In this document: piece after piece, positions 18,185 to 28,070 of the stretch
Position numbering within the stretch: the first letter of the stretch is position 1
How the letters are laid out: every line of letters starts with the position of its first letter
DNA from: Methanobacteriota archaeon
Lineage (GTDB): Archaea; Thermoplasmatota; Poseidoniia; Poseidoniales; Thalassarchaeaceae
Assembly (NCBI GenBank): GCA_011523055.1
Contig: WTHQ01000016.1
Coordinates: 26-64,025 of the forward strand
Direction: 5' to 3'
Length of the DNA: 64,000 nucleotides
Program-made: the position numbers and the translations under genes
The notes under the pieces: model-generated
The model's database searches: none
Told to the model about the DNA's origin: nothing
What the model saw: only the letters and a program-made list of their open reading frames with translations

Positions 18185-19204
18185 ATGCGGCTGAGTCCCC
18201 AGTACCAGGGAACTGTGATGGAGATCCTCTGGTCGGACTTAACGGGATTGGATTACCTCGCACTATTGGTCTTGGTCTCCTGTGCAGTAGGGCCATATGT
18301 GTACTCTATTCGATCAGGAGTTAGCATATCCTTGGCGACAGTCCTATCGCTGCTCCTGGTCACTTTCGCGACAGAGGCAATTCGAGTGTTAGGGATGGAT
18401 TTCCAGCCATTTGCTTTCCTTTCGTTGATCCCCCTGATTTCTGGGGAGCCTGCCCTCATACACAGGTGGATCACGGCCGCCTGGCTTCACTCCGGTTGGA
18501 TACATGTCTTGGGAAACGTGCTCGTCATAGCCCTCGTGGGAGTTCCGCTTGAACAAAAACTAGGGCCAAATCGATGGATTGCAATCTACCTATTGGGGCT
18601 TCTAGCTGGAAACTTGACGTGGGTCCTCACTCACGTCGAGGATCCGCGGCCCACTGTCGGAGCCAGTGGGGCGGCATTTGGATTACTGGGGGCTTACATG
18701 GCTTGTTGGCCGAGAGACGAGATTGAGTTCCCTCTGTTGTTCCTGATCAGAGCTTGGCCTGTGTGGGTTATTTGCCTGGTTAGGATAGGACTGGAGGTTT
18801 ACATGGTTTTCGACCTATCCGTCCAGGACCGCCCTTCAAATGTCGCCCATCTAGCTCACCTAGGTGGCTTCCTCGGGGCCTACCTGATCTCTAGGCCCAT
18901 AGCAAGGACAGGGGATGTCCCACTCGAAGACGAACTGGAGGGGCGGGAAAAGGGCGGCTTGAAGGACTTGGGGGCGGATCCGTGGCAATTGGCGGGGGTA
19001 GACGCCACTGAACCGGTAAAGAGGATACTACAGCGGTTGAGAGAGGAGGGGGACGAGGAAGAAACCCGACGAGCGTGGATCGAAGAGCTCGCAGAAAATG
19101 CGATTTGCCCGATCTGCGGTGGGTCGTTGATCGCACTTGGGAATCGCTCCAGGGATTATTTTGTGGCATGCTCTGGAGACCGCAATCATCTTTCATGGCC
19201 ATGA
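18185..19204 (+). CDS. Rhomboid-family intramembrane serine protease with a C-terminal acidic linker and zinc-ribbon-like extension
   Basis: Motifs are WLHSGWIHVLGN, the catalytic GASGAAFG and the His motif AHLGGFLGA. The tail contains CPICGG...VACSGDRNH. ATG 18185 is preceded by GGAGGGG with a 9-nt spacer; an alternative ATG lies at 18218. Confidence 0.8.
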   Translation: MRLSPQYQGTVMEILWSDLTGLDYLALLVLVSCAVGPYVYSIRSGVSISLATVLSLLLVTFATEAIRVLGMDFQPFAFLSLIPLISGEPALIHRWITAAWLHSGWIHVLGNVLVIALVGVPLEQKLGPNRWIAIYLLGLLAGNLTWVLTHVEDPRPTVGASGAAFGLLGAYMACWPRDEIEFPLLFLIRAWPVWVICLVRIGLEVYMVFDLSVQDRPSNVAHLAHLGGFLGAYLISRPIARTGDVPLEDELEGREKGGLKDLGADPWQLAGVDATEPVKRILQRLREEGDEEETRRAWIEELAENAICPICGGSLIALGNRSRDYFVACSGDRNHLSWP

Positions 19205-19218
19205 CGGAGCGATGACAC

Positions 19219-21312
19219 ATGGTACAGGTCCCAGAGAAGGGTATGTCCTCATTCGACGTGGCTAGGATGAGGGTTGAGCTCTCAGGAATGATAGGGTCGA
19301 GGTCTCAGAAGGCATACCAGCCACACTACGAGCAAGTTGTAATCAGGATGAAGGATAAGGGATCTCCGCCCGTGGACCTTGTCATTGTTCGTGGGAAAAG
19401 GGCCTACCTTTCCGGCCGTGACAGGCCGATGCCCCAGAACCCGTCCTCTTTTGCAATGACTCTGAGGAAGCACATCGGGAACGCGAGACTAGTCGATGTG
19501 GAACAAGAGGGGTTTGATCGGGTTCTGTATCTAAAATTCGAGCATGGAAGAGGAGTGGTGACACTGGTCATTGAGATGTTCAGAGATGGAAATGTGATTC
19601 TGGTCGATGAATCGGGGGAGATAATTCAGCCCCTGACGAGCGCATCCTATCGCTCGAGGACCCTCAAGAGAGGTGAGCAATACTCGCCCCCGCCCCCTTC
19701 ATTGAATCCGAGGGAGATCAATGGCATTGGTTTCTTCGAAAAGTTCGGAAAATCGGATCAGGATCTCGAGAAAACGATTGCAGGCAGGGCGAACCTAGGT
19801 AGGTCATATGCCGGTCTTGTATGCAAGTTGTGTGGATTGGACCCCAGATCCAGGATTGACGAGCTCGATGACGGCTCCAAAGAGGCGGTCATCAAGACGA
19901 TCAAAGACCTCATTGATCAGGCAGACCGGCCAGGGAAGGCGTTCGTCAATACTCACCCTGATGATTCGCACAATGTATCATTCTCACCATTCTCAAATGC
20001 CCCTGTCAACAACGTGATGAAAGCCGAGCTCGACTCATTGAGTGAGGCTATTGACCACGTTTTCGGGGAGCATGATGCCAACGCGTTGGCAAGGAGGATG
20101 ACTGAGAAGGTAGAGGAACAATCAGGAGGGGGGGAGGAAGACAGGCTATCTAGAAGGGCAGCACAACAGCGAAGTGGGATTGACGCATTTACAGAGGAGG
20201 CCTCAGAGCTCCAAAAAATAGGATCGGATATGCTGACAAACTGGGCCCACTTGGAGGAGATTAGGACCAGAATAGATTCCCATATCAAGGATGTTGGCTG
20301 GTCGGTGGCAGCCAATGAGGCAAAGAGGTCAGAGTGGATAAAAGAACTCGACCCAGCGAAGAAAACCGCCAAGGTATACCTGCGTGATTCGAACAGCGCT
20401 CCCGGAGAATGTGTGGAGATCGAAGTTGAGGGGACAGTGCATCAAAGTGCCCAGAGATACTTCGAGAGGTCAAGATCACTGAAGATGAAGGCACAAGGCG
20501 CGAAGAGGGCTCTTGAGGTGACTGAGAAACGTCAAACAAAGATTAGCAGCAAGGCAGAGAAGGACAGATCCAAAGGTCGCGTCAAAACAATCAAGCGAAC
20601 TAGGAAATTTTGGTTTGAAAGACATAGATGGGGTATAGTCGGCCCCGGCAGGCTAATCATTGGCGGAAGGGACGCCAGAGGGAACGATCTCATTGTCAAA
20701 AAACACCTCTCCAATGGAGATCTCTACTTGCACGCTGACCTTCACGGCGCACCATCCTGCTCCCTGAAGAGGCTCGATGGACTGGTGGAGAGTGAGTCAG
20801 ACTCGAGTCATGACGAGGGGGTTGCAATGCTATCCCTCGTCCAATCCATTGAAGGGGCTCCCAGCGACTTGCAAGTTCTTGGAGAAGAAGAAAAAGAGGA
20901 GGCGGCGACAATGGCTGCATGTTGGTCAAGGGCATGGGGCGCGGGATCGGCTGCAGCAACGGCATACCATGTAAGGCCGTCACAAGTCAGTAAAACCACG
21001 GAAAGCGGTGAGTCGCTGGGCAGAGGGTCATTCGTCGTGAGAGGGATCCGAGGGTGGCATCGAGACCTCGTCTTGAAATTAGCGATAGGGCTGGGGACGG
21101 TAAATGGCGTGCCACTTCCAATTCCTGGATCCCCCCGTACCATCAGCTCAATTTGCCAAAGGTGGGTGGAGATTCGTCCCGGGAACATGAAAAAAGAGAA
21201 AGCTGCTTCAATAATATCAAAATCAACAGGCCTGGATCATGATGACGTGCTGTCAGCACTTCCGCCTGGCAACTGCGAGTTAATTGACAATGGCCTACTC
21301 ACTTGGAGTTAG
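19219..21312 (+). CDS. NFACT-family protein (FbpA/RqcH-like, ribosome quality-control type)
   Basis: The NFACT-N-like N-terminus is MSSFDVARMRVEL...YQP, followed by a central coiled coil. The NFACT-R/DUF814-like segment is FWFERHRWGIVGPGRLIIGGRDARGNDLIVKKHL...DLYLHADLHGAPSC. An alternative start lies at 19243. Confidence 0.78.
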   Translation: MVQVPEKGMSSFDVARMRVELSGMIGSRSQKAYQPHYEQVVIRMKDKGSPPVDLVIVRGKRAYLSGRDRPMPQNPSSFAMTLRKHIGNARLVDVEQEGFDRVLYLKFEHGRGVVTLVIEMFRDGNVILVDESGEIIQPLTSASYRSRTLKRGEQYSPPPPSLNPREINGIGFFEKFGKSDQDLEKTIAGRANLGRSYAGLVCKLCGLDPRSRIDELDDGSKEAVIKTIKDLIDQADRPGKAFVNTHPDDSHNVSFSPFSNAPVNNVMKAELDSLSEAIDHVFGEHDANALARRMTEKVEEQSGGGEEDRLSRRAAQQRSGIDAFTEEASELQKIGSDMLTNWAHLEEIRTRIDSHIKDVGWSVAANEAKRSEWIKELDPAKKTAKVYLRDSNSAPGECVEIEVEGTVHQSAQRYFERSRSLKMKAQGAKRALEVTEKRQTKISSKAEKDRSKGRVKTIKRTRKFWFERHRWGIVGPGRLIIGGRDARGNDLIVKKHLSNGDLYLHADLHGAPSCSLKRLDGLVESESDSSHDEGVAMLSLVQSIEGAPSDLQVLGEEEKEEAATMAACWSRAWGAGSAAATAYHVRPSQVSKTTESGESLGRGSFVVRGIRGWHRDLVLKLAIGLGTVNGVPLPIPGSPRTISSICQRWVEIRPGNMKKEKAASIISKSTGLDHDDVLSALPPGNCELIDNGLLTWS

Positions 21313-21930
21313 GTGATTAGGCGGCCATTCTCTCGCTGTAATGGCATATTGGAGGCTATCGACCCATCGGTCGTACATCCACTGCCTTTCTACGCTCTTG
21401 CCCTCCTCCCTGAATCCCAGCCTCAATGGGATGGCCATTGATGCTGAGTTGCCAACACCAATTTCGATTACGACGCGATTGAAACCGCAGCTGACCAACA
21501 AGACATCTACTATTGCCCCCACTGACCTTGTCATTATCCCTTTGCCCGTGTGGCCTCGATCGAGCCAGTATCCGATCCAACCCGTTTGGTTGCCATGATC
21601 GACTTGGTTCACGCTCAGAGTACCGACGATGGTTCTGCCTTGGTACCAAATCAAGAACAGTGAGCCATCTGTTTTTTGATGTCTGATCAGTTGCCCATGT
21701 ATGAACTCGATTTCATCCTGAATGGATGTGGTCTCATCCAACCAGGGCAGCCATGCCCTCAGGTGTTCCCGATTCTTTTCGACCAATTGAAAAAGCGTGG
21801 CTGCATCGGACTCCGTGGCAATCCTCAATTCTATCTCGTCATCAACAGGTATGACATCAGGGATGTAAACCACGGTCAAGTGGTCCAGCACGGAGGATAT
21901 CAATGCTGGCAACACTGTATCCCAACCCAT
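21295..21930 (-). CDS. GNAT-family N-acetyltransferase (RimJ/RimL-like)
   Basis: IELRIATESDAATLFQLVEKNREHLRAWLPW and GYWLDRGHTGKGIMTRSV are typical of RimL-type acetyltransferases. Confidence 0.68.
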   Translation of the reverse strand: MGWDTVLPALISSVLDHLTVVYIPDVIPVDDEIELRIATESDAATLFQLVEKNREHLRAWLPWLDETTSIQDEIEFIHGQLIRHQKTDGSLFLIWYQGRTIVGTLSVNQVDHGNQTGWIGYWLDRGHTGKGIMTRSVGAIVDVLLVSCGFNRVVIEIGVGNSASMAIPLRLGFREEGKSVERQWMYDRWVDSLQYAITAREWPPNHLTPSE

Positions 21931-21949
21931 AAGTCTGGAACGTCATTGG

Positions 21950-23038
21950 ATGGGCATGGCTGACGATGGGACGGGGGGAGACTGGACTTACGGCACATAC
22001 CTACAACTGGATGAGCTCCTTGGTCTGCAAGGCGAACATAGGGGGATTTGCAATGATGAGCTCCATTTCATAATCGTTCACCAGACCTTTGAGTTGTGGT
22101 TCAAACAGGTGATAAGGGAGCTTTCTGAGATCAGAGACTCTCTCGGCGATTCAGAGGTTCCGGAGGAAGCCATACCCTCATGCGTCCATGGGATGAGGAG
22201 GGTCACTGAGATCTTCAGGCTGATGGAAGGGCAATGGAGTGTATTGGAAACGCTCACTCCACAGGGGTTCTTGGCCTTCAGGGATGAGTTAGGTACTGCG
22301 TCGGGCTTTGAGTCCTACCAGATGAGGGAGTTGGAAATCATTCTTGGTTTGACCAAGTCGATGAGAGGTACGAACTTTGACCCCCTCGAACAATTCAGGA
22401 AGATAGCTGAGCGCGACCCCACACAGTTACATGCCTTGAACCGCCTTACCGAGGCCTCGAGGAAACCATCACTCTTGGATGCCGTCACCTCCTGGATCAG
22501 AAGAACCCCGATCATGGGTTCACGCCCTGGAGAATCGGAAGATGAAGCCATAGTGAGAGACTACATCGAGTCCCATCTTGATGCCTATTCAAAACACTCA
22601 GTGAGCCAGCAAGAGTCGATGATTAGATCAGGGGGCATGAAAAGAGAAATGATAGAGGCGAGGTTTGATTCATCAAGAGCTCAGGCCAGAGACTTCCTGC
22701 TGCCAGAGAATGAAGTCGACCGCGCTAGAGCTGGCCTGCTATTCATCGAATCATACAGGGAGTTGCCACTCCTGACCTGGCCGCGCGCCCTTGTTGACGC
22801 CGTTGTGGAGCTGGAGGAATCAATGGTGAAGTGGAGACACGCTCACGCCAGGATGGTGGAGAGGATAATTGGACGAAGATCTGGAACTGGCGGTTCATCG
22901 GGTGTTGACTATCTCGATGGGACTGCTAAGTACCGTATCTTCACAGATTTTTGGGCTGTGAGGACCGTTTTGGTCAGACCGGACATGAGGCCCCAGATTG
23001 GAAACCCTGGTTTCTATGGATTCACCCAAGGCTCATAG
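21950..23038 (+). CDS. kynA: Tryptophan 2,3-dioxygenase
   Basis: Motifs are YGTYLQLDELLGLQ, DELHFIIVHQTFELWFKQ, FRDELGTASGFES, and WRHAHARMVERIIGRRSGTGGSSGVDYL (proximal His region). Confidence 0.8.
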   Translation: MGMADDGTGGDWTYGTYLQLDELLGLQGEHRGICNDELHFIIVHQTFELWFKQVIRELSEIRDSLGDSEVPEEAIPSCVHGMRRVTEIFRLMEGQWSVLETLTPQGFLAFRDELGTASGFESYQMRELEIILGLTKSMRGTNFDPLEQFRKIAERDPTQLHALNRLTEASRKPSLLDAVTSWIRRTPIMGSRPGESEDEAIVRDYIESHLDAYSKHSVSQQESMIRSGGMKREMIEARFDSSRAQARDFLLPENEVDRARAGLLFIESYRELPLLTWPRALVDAVVELEESMVKWRHAHARMVERIIGRRSGTGGSSGVDYLDGTAKYRIFTDFWAVRTVLVRPDMRPQIGNPGFYGFTQGS

Positions 23039-23106
23039 AAAGGCCGGCGTGGCGAACACAGGTGCTGCACCGAGTGGTTGAAATCTCTGAGATAGTTAGG
23101 GGTTAC

Positions 23107-24273
23107 GTGCCAGAGCCTGTGATTGTGGGTTTTTGCCGGACTCCTTTCGGGAAATACAGAGGTGGTTTGTCGCACCTCAAGGCTACAGAACTTGGCTCGA
23201 AGGCGATCAGAGGTCTACTGGGGTCCTTGGAAATAGATCCTAGGAGCGGCGTGATTGACGGGGTCTACATGGGCATGGTTCTGCAGGCAGGGGCTGGTCA
23301 GGCTCCAGCACGACAGGCCTCATTGGGAGCGGGGCTCCCGTACAGTACCCCCGCAACAACCCTCAACAAAGTCTGTGGCTCGTCGCTGAAATCGGTCATG
23401 ATCGCTGCAATGGAGATCGAGTCAGGGCGATCGGACGTAATCATCGCAGGCGGCATGGAGTCGATGTCGAATGCTCCGATGATTGCCATGGATGTCTCTG
23501 GGGGAGAGACTGTGGAGTATTCGAGCCTTGCCTCAATCCTCCATTTGGACGGTCTGACAGACGCCTTTTCTGGAGATTCCATGGGTATTTCTGGGGAGAC
23601 CATTGCGAAGGAGGAGGGAGTGACCAGGATATCCGCGGATTCTTACTCCCTGGCCTCGCACGCCAGAGCCTCTGAATCGTGGTTCAATGGGTGGACCAAG
23701 AGAGAGATTACCCCCATCGGCGACTTGAACAGGGACGAGGGAGTTAGGGACAGTCCCTCGATGGAGGCCCTCTCAAAACTTAAGCCGGTTTTCGTAGAAG
23801 GGGGAATAGTGACTGCTGGCAATTCCAGCCAAGTGAGCGATGGTGCTGCAGCGCTTTTGATCTGCTCGAGGAAGGCAGCAAATGAGCATGGATGGCCAAT
23901 TCTGGGTAGCATTGTTGACTTCGAAACCTCCGGCGTCGAGCCCTCAAGAGTAATGTCAGCCCCAATACCATGCATCGAGGAGTTGTTGAGTAGGGCTGGA
24001 TTATCCTCCAATGATGTAGACCTCTATGAGCACAATGAGGCTTTTGCTACCGCCTCGTGCGCAATAAAGGGCCACTTCCAGATACCAGACGACAAGTTCA
24101 ACATTCAAGGGGGTGCAATTGCTATCGGACACCCCTTGGGGGCGTCTGGTGCAAGGTGCCTGATGAGTTTGTTGAGTTCTATGGAGAGAACTGGTGGATC
24201 TCTCGGCATCGTCACACTCTGCCTTGGTGGCGGGAACGCAGTCGGCATGCTGGTGTCGAGAGCAGAGAATTGA
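23107..24273 (+). CDS. Acetyl-CoA C-acetyltransferase (thiolase)
   Basis: Motifs are IVGFCRTPFGKYRGG, the active-site Cys region LNKVCGSSLK, NEAFA, and GGAIAIGHPLGASGAR...LCLGGGNAVG. The start is uncertain: in-frame GTG at 23107 (AGGGG upstream), 23074 or 23062. The ORF-track TTG at 22951 overlaps kynA. Confidence 0.85.
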   Translation: MPEPVIVGFCRTPFGKYRGGLSHLKATELGSKAIRGLLGSLEIDPRSGVIDGVYMGMVLQAGAGQAPARQASLGAGLPYSTPATTLNKVCGSSLKSVMIAAMEIESGRSDVIIAGGMESMSNAPMIAMDVSGGETVEYSSLASILHLDGLTDAFSGDSMGISGETIAKEEGVTRISADSYSLASHARASESWFNGWTKREITPIGDLNRDEGVRDSPSMEALSKLKPVFVEGGIVTAGNSSQVSDGAAALLICSRKAANEHGWPILGSIVDFETSGVEPSRVMSAPIPCIEELLSRAGLSSNDVDLYEHNEAFATASCAIKGHFQIPDDKFNIQGGAIAIGHPLGASGARCLMSLLSSMERTGGSLGIVTLCLGGGNAVGMLVSRAEN

Positions 24274-24288
24274 CTCGTCGGTGCCCTT

Positions 24289-24564
24289 ATGAGCGGTGCA
24301 CAATCGGAGGGGGTCATGCCTCGAGTCCACACTAGGTTCGAAAAGGCCCGAATACTGGGTGCGAGAGCCCTTCAGATAAGCATGGGCGCTCCTCTCTACG
24401 TAACAGAGGACGAGCTCCGTGAGAAGTTCATGCATGAGCTCGTTCAACTCTACGGCACCCACGAGGCGAAAATGAGATTCGTCCTGGACCCCTTGAAGAT
24501 AGCCACGCTGGAGTACGAGACCGACAGGATTCCAATCGATGTAGATGCTGTCAGCGACGACTGA
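24289..24564 (+). CDS. rpoK: DNA-directed RNA polymerase subunit K (Rpo6/RpoK, omega homolog)
   Basis: [21 protein letters not shown] and the C-terminal [17 protein letters not shown] match the Rpo6 signature. Confidence 0.8.
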   Translation: MSGAQSEGVMPRVHTRFEKARILGARALQISMGAPLYVTEDELREKFMHELVQLYGTHEAKMRFVLDPLKIATLEYETDRIPIDVDAVSDD

Positions 24565-24593
24565 TTCAAGGGGGTCGATTCGCCCGAAAGGGT

Positions 24594-25670
24594 ATGATCG
24601 GGTCTCGGGTGGCTGAGCGCGTCCCTCTCTCAGCACTCGCAATTGCAATCCTCGCCGTCACCGGATCCGTAATCGCAATGGGGGGTATGATCAGGATTTA
24701 CGATGCAGGGGAGTCCTGCCCAGACTGGCCGACCTGCTTTGGCACTTGGGGATTCGACGTATCAGAGGAAGAACAAGAATCCTGGTGGGAGGACAACCCC
24801 GATGAGATCGACTCGCGAGGTGCCAATCATCGATACACCACGTTCGAGATATTTACAGAGTGGTTCCACAGGCTCCTGGCAGGAGTTGTCCTGGCCCCAA
24901 TGGTGGCCTTACTGTGGTTGGCCACTCGCAAACAGAGTGTGGACGGTGCTGTAAAATTCGCCTCGAGCCTGGGGGCCGGACTCATCCTCTGGCAGGGATT
25001 CCTCGGCTATCTCACCGTAAGGATGGATAACGAGCACTGGTCAGTAGCACTACATCTCGTAAGCGCTCTGGCATTCAGCCTGTCAATGATATGGTATCTC
25101 ATCCTGAGGTGGCGCGAGACTGGAGGCGCTCCCTCGCAGATCAAGATAGTCGCAGACGATAGGCAAAGGAAGACCATTGCATACTCATCTATCGGTGCCC
25201 TAGCGGCGGTCTTTGTCGGGGTTTATGTCTCTACGACCAATGGTGCCAACTATGGATGTGGAGTCGCCGGGTTCACAGAGAGTTGGCCGCTGTGCCAAGG
25301 CCAGATCTTGGTGCCTGTTGATGATATCGCCACGGACTCCCAGATCATCCACAGGGTGCTAGTGGCCGTGGAGGGGGCCGGTCTGTGTTTGGCAACTTAC
25401 TCGTTCAGGAAACATGCGAAATCTGATTCAAAATTTACAAGATTATCACAATGGACAAGCATGGCGACTTTCTTATTCATCTTCAATGCGATCCTAGGTG
25501 GCCTTTACGTCATCTCGTACGACCCACTCACAAATTCATTCTATGAAGTGCTTTCACTGATACACCTCCTATTGGGCTCGCTTGCATTCCTGACCCTGGC
25601 GACAGCATGGATCGCGAGTGGCTACGATCAACCCTCCCAATCATCCGCGGTGGTTGGATTCTCTTCATAG
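24594..25670 (+). CDS. ctaA: Heme A synthase (CtaA/COX15 family)
   Basis: The CPDWPTCFG motif is present, with conserved His in TM segments (EWFHRLLAG, ALHLVSA, IIHRVL, LIHLLLG) and about 8 hydrophobic segments. Confidence 0.8.
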   Translation: MIGSRVAERVPLSALAIAILAVTGSVIAMGGMIRIYDAGESCPDWPTCFGTWGFDVSEEEQESWWEDNPDEIDSRGANHRYTTFEIFTEWFHRLLAGVVLAPMVALLWLATRKQSVDGAVKFASSLGAGLILWQGFLGYLTVRMDNEHWSVALHLVSALAFSLSMIWYLILRWRETGGAPSQIKIVADDRQRKTIAYSSIGALAAVFVGVYVSTTNGANYGCGVAGFTESWPLCQGQILVPVDDIATDSQIIHRVLVAVEGAGLCLATYSFRKHAKSDSKFTRLSQWTSMATFLFIFNAILGGLYVISYDPLTNSFYEVLSLIHLLLGSLAFLTLATAWIASGYDQPSQSSAVVGFSS

Positions 25671-25680
25671 GTGGGATGGA

Positions 25681-26742
25681 ATGTCGCCAAGCATGCTCAA
25701 ATGGTTTCGTTTAACGAAGCCTGGTGTTGTTTTACTGCTCCAAATAACAGCAATCTCCGCAGTTGTGGTCCACGACCTCATGACAGAGGTGAGGCCTAGT
25801 TTCGCTCACACACTTGAAGCCTCATTAATCACCTTGGTCGGCGGGTACCTGACAGCCGGGGGATCCAATGCCATCAACATGTGGTATGATAGGGACATAG
25901 ACCCCAAAATGAAGAGGACGAGTAAGAGGCCAGTGCCAGCAGGCGACATAGATGCGAATCATGCCCTTTTGTTTGGAGTGACGATTTCCCTCCTGGGTGT
26001 CCTCTGGTTCAATTACACGGCTGGTGAGGTCGCTGCCTTCTGGTCTGCCTTCAGTATTCTCTTCTATGTCTTTGTCTACACGATATGGCTCAAAAGAAGG
26101 ACGGTGCAGAATATTGTGATTGGTGGTTTTGCTGGATCCACCCCGCCCCTGATAGGTTGGTTCGTCGCCAAGGGGCCCAGTGACCTCGATCTAGGTAGTC
26201 TAAGTGGATTCTTATCATCCATCTCCGATACAGGTAGCCTGATTCCGTTCTACATGCTCGGTGTGATTTTCATCTGGACCCCGCCTCATTTCTGGGCTCT
26301 GGCCCTGTACAAATCAGAAGAGTACAAACAAGTCGGAGTGCCGATGCTCCCAGGAGAAAAGGGAGCTGCGAGGACGTTGATAGAAATGAAGCTCTACGGG
26401 GTGTTATTGCTTCTGATTTCTCTATGGGGGCCTTACCTCTTCCATTCTGGTGAATTCAGCACAGAATACCTCACACTGACAGCAGGCTCTGCTGTAATCT
26501 CTCTCTGGTACATAAGAACGGTATTCTTGATACCCATAGATGAGGCGAAGGACGCAAACGGTCGCTTACCCACGGCAGCCCGATCGTTCTGGGTGTCTCA
26601 GTTGTTTCTGGGACTGGTTTTCATCATGGCTCTGGCTGCAGCCTCGAGTTTCAGCGGAGTGATTCTTGGGCTCCTGCTTTCCTTTGCCATCATTATCAGG
26701 AGCGAAAGCAGATATCGAGCCACTGGAGTTCCGTTTTCGTGA
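25681..26742 (+). CDS. ctaB: Protoheme IX farnesyltransferase (heme O synthase, CtaB/COX10)
   Basis: UbiA-type motifs are NMWYDRDIDPKMKRTSKRPVPAG and WTPPHFWALAL. ATG 25681 follows the ctaA stop. Confidence 0.85.
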   Translation: MSPSMLKWFRLTKPGVVLLLQITAISAVVVHDLMTEVRPSFAHTLEASLITLVGGYLTAGGSNAINMWYDRDIDPKMKRTSKRPVPAGDIDANHALLFGVTISLLGVLWFNYTAGEVAAFWSAFSILFYVFVYTIWLKRRTVQNIVIGGFAGSTPPLIGWFVAKGPSDLDLGSLSGFLSSISDTGSLIPFYMLGVIFIWTPPHFWALALYKSEEYKQVGVPMLPGEKGAARTLIEMKLYGVLLLLISLWGPYLFHSGEFSTEYLTLTAGSAVISLWYIRTVFLIPIDEAKDANGRLPTAARSFWVSQLFLGLVFIMALAAASSFSGVILGLLLSFAIIIRSESRYRATGVPFS

Positions 26743-26799
26743 TTATTTGCGAATGTTTCAAACACAGTCAGCGCGCTTGTCTAATTGGAGGAGCCACCG

Positions 26800-28059
26800 G
26801 TGGACCAACGAGATTTGATCTACGACTGGAACAAAATCGAGCCAGGGCCTCCCCGGGATCCCTCGGCCCATCCACATCCAATTTGGTTTGATGATGAAAC
26901 CCTCCGCGATGGGCTTCAGAGTCCAAGTGCGAGGAACCCTACAGTAGAACAAAAGATCGAGCTTTTGGATTTCATGGAAAATCTGGGCATACAGAAAGTG
27001 GATCTGGGGCTACCTGGGGCCGGTCCGTTCCACTTGGATCACATAGACTCGATGCTAGGGCACATCAGAGACAATGACTACGAAATTCGACCAGGATGCG
27101 CCGTAAGGACTGTGATCTCGGACATAGCCCCTCTCGTCGAGCTTCAAGCCAAGCATGAGATGAAGATTCAAGCCAGTGCATTCCTAGGGACTTCGCCAAT
27201 CCGACAATACACAGAAGGATGGACGATGGGCAAGATCATGCAGACCGCCGAGAGGGCTGTTGAGTTTGCAGTGGACAATGACATCCCAGTTATGTTCGTC
27301 ACAGAGGATACAACAAGGAGTCGGCCCGAGGACATCAAGTCCGTATATACGAGGGCGATCGAGCTTGGTGCGGATCGAATTTGTGTTTGCGACACATGTG
27401 GCCATTCGACCCCTGGGGGCGTCAAGAGTCTGATGTCCTTCATTCAGAATGAGGTGATTCCTGACTCAGGTGTGAAAAGGAGGGATATCGAAGTGAATTG
27501 GCACGGGCACCAAGATAGGGGGCTGGGCGTAGCCAACAATCTCGCTGCGGTGCAATCTGGTGCCGATGTCATACATGGGACTGCCCTTGGAGTCGGAGAG
27601 CGATCTGGTAACGCCCCGTTGGATCAAACCCTCGTAAATCTGAGTTTGATGGGAGTGATATCAAACGATCTGACGAGCCTCAACAAGTATGTGCAAAAGG
27701 CGAATGAGTACATCGAGGTCCCTCTTCCAAAGAATTACCCTGTTTTTGGAAGCGACGCCTTCGAAACTGGAACTGGCGTTCACGCCTCGGCTGTGGTCAA
27801 GGCATTGCGAAAGGGAGACTCCTGGTTGGCCGACAGGGTGTATTCGGGGGTGCCTGCAGGGGATTATGGACTTGAGCAAGTCATCAGAGTCGGGCACATG
27901 AGTGGTAAATCGAACATCATACATTGGCTAGAGGCCAAAGAAATAGAAGTAGAGGACTCGCTTGTTGAATACTTGTTCAATGTAGCGAAATCCAAAAACA
28001 GGCTCATGACAGATGAAGAGTTACTCCTCTGCGTCCAGGCGCACAAAGAAGGGGTCTGA
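26800..28059 (+). CDS. DRE-TIM (HMGL-like) 2-isopropylmalate/homocitrate/citramalate synthase family protein, short form without an obvious regulatory domain
   Basis: Motifs are DETLRDGLQSPS, CDTCGHSTP and HGHQDRGLGVANNLAAVQSGADVIHGTALGVGERSGNAPLD. GTG 26800 is preceded by GGAGGAG with a 6-nt spacer; the ORF-track TTG lies at 26785. Substrate cannot be assigned by eye. Confidence 0.68.
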   Translation: MDQRDLIYDWNKIEPGPPRDPSAHPHPIWFDDETLRDGLQSPSARNPTVEQKIELLDFMENLGIQKVDLGLPGAGPFHLDHIDSMLGHIRDNDYEIRPGCAVRTVISDIAPLVELQAKHEMKIQASAFLGTSPIRQYTEGWTMGKIMQTAERAVEFAVDNDIPVMFVTEDTTRSRPEDIKSVYTRAIELGADRICVCDTCGHSTPGGVKSLMSFIQNEVIPDSGVKRRDIEVNWHGHQDRGLGVANNLAAVQSGADVIHGTALGVGERSGNAPLDQTLVNLSLMGVISNDLTSLNKYVQKANEYIEVPLPKNYPVFGSDAFETGTGVHASAVVKALRKGDSWLADRVYSGVPAGDYGLEQVIRVGHMSGKSNIIHWLEAKEIEVEDSLVEYLFNVAKSKNRLMTDEELLLCVQAHKEGV

Positions 28060-28070
28060 TTTTTACTCTG

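Noticed and set aside
24001-24648. A 215-aa minus-strand ORF spanning the thiolase 3' end, rpoK and the ctaA start.
   Set aside because: It is fully antisense to three well-supported plus-strand genes with clear family motifs. Its translation is Arg/Ser/Leu-rich with no motif, so it is a typical shadow ORF.
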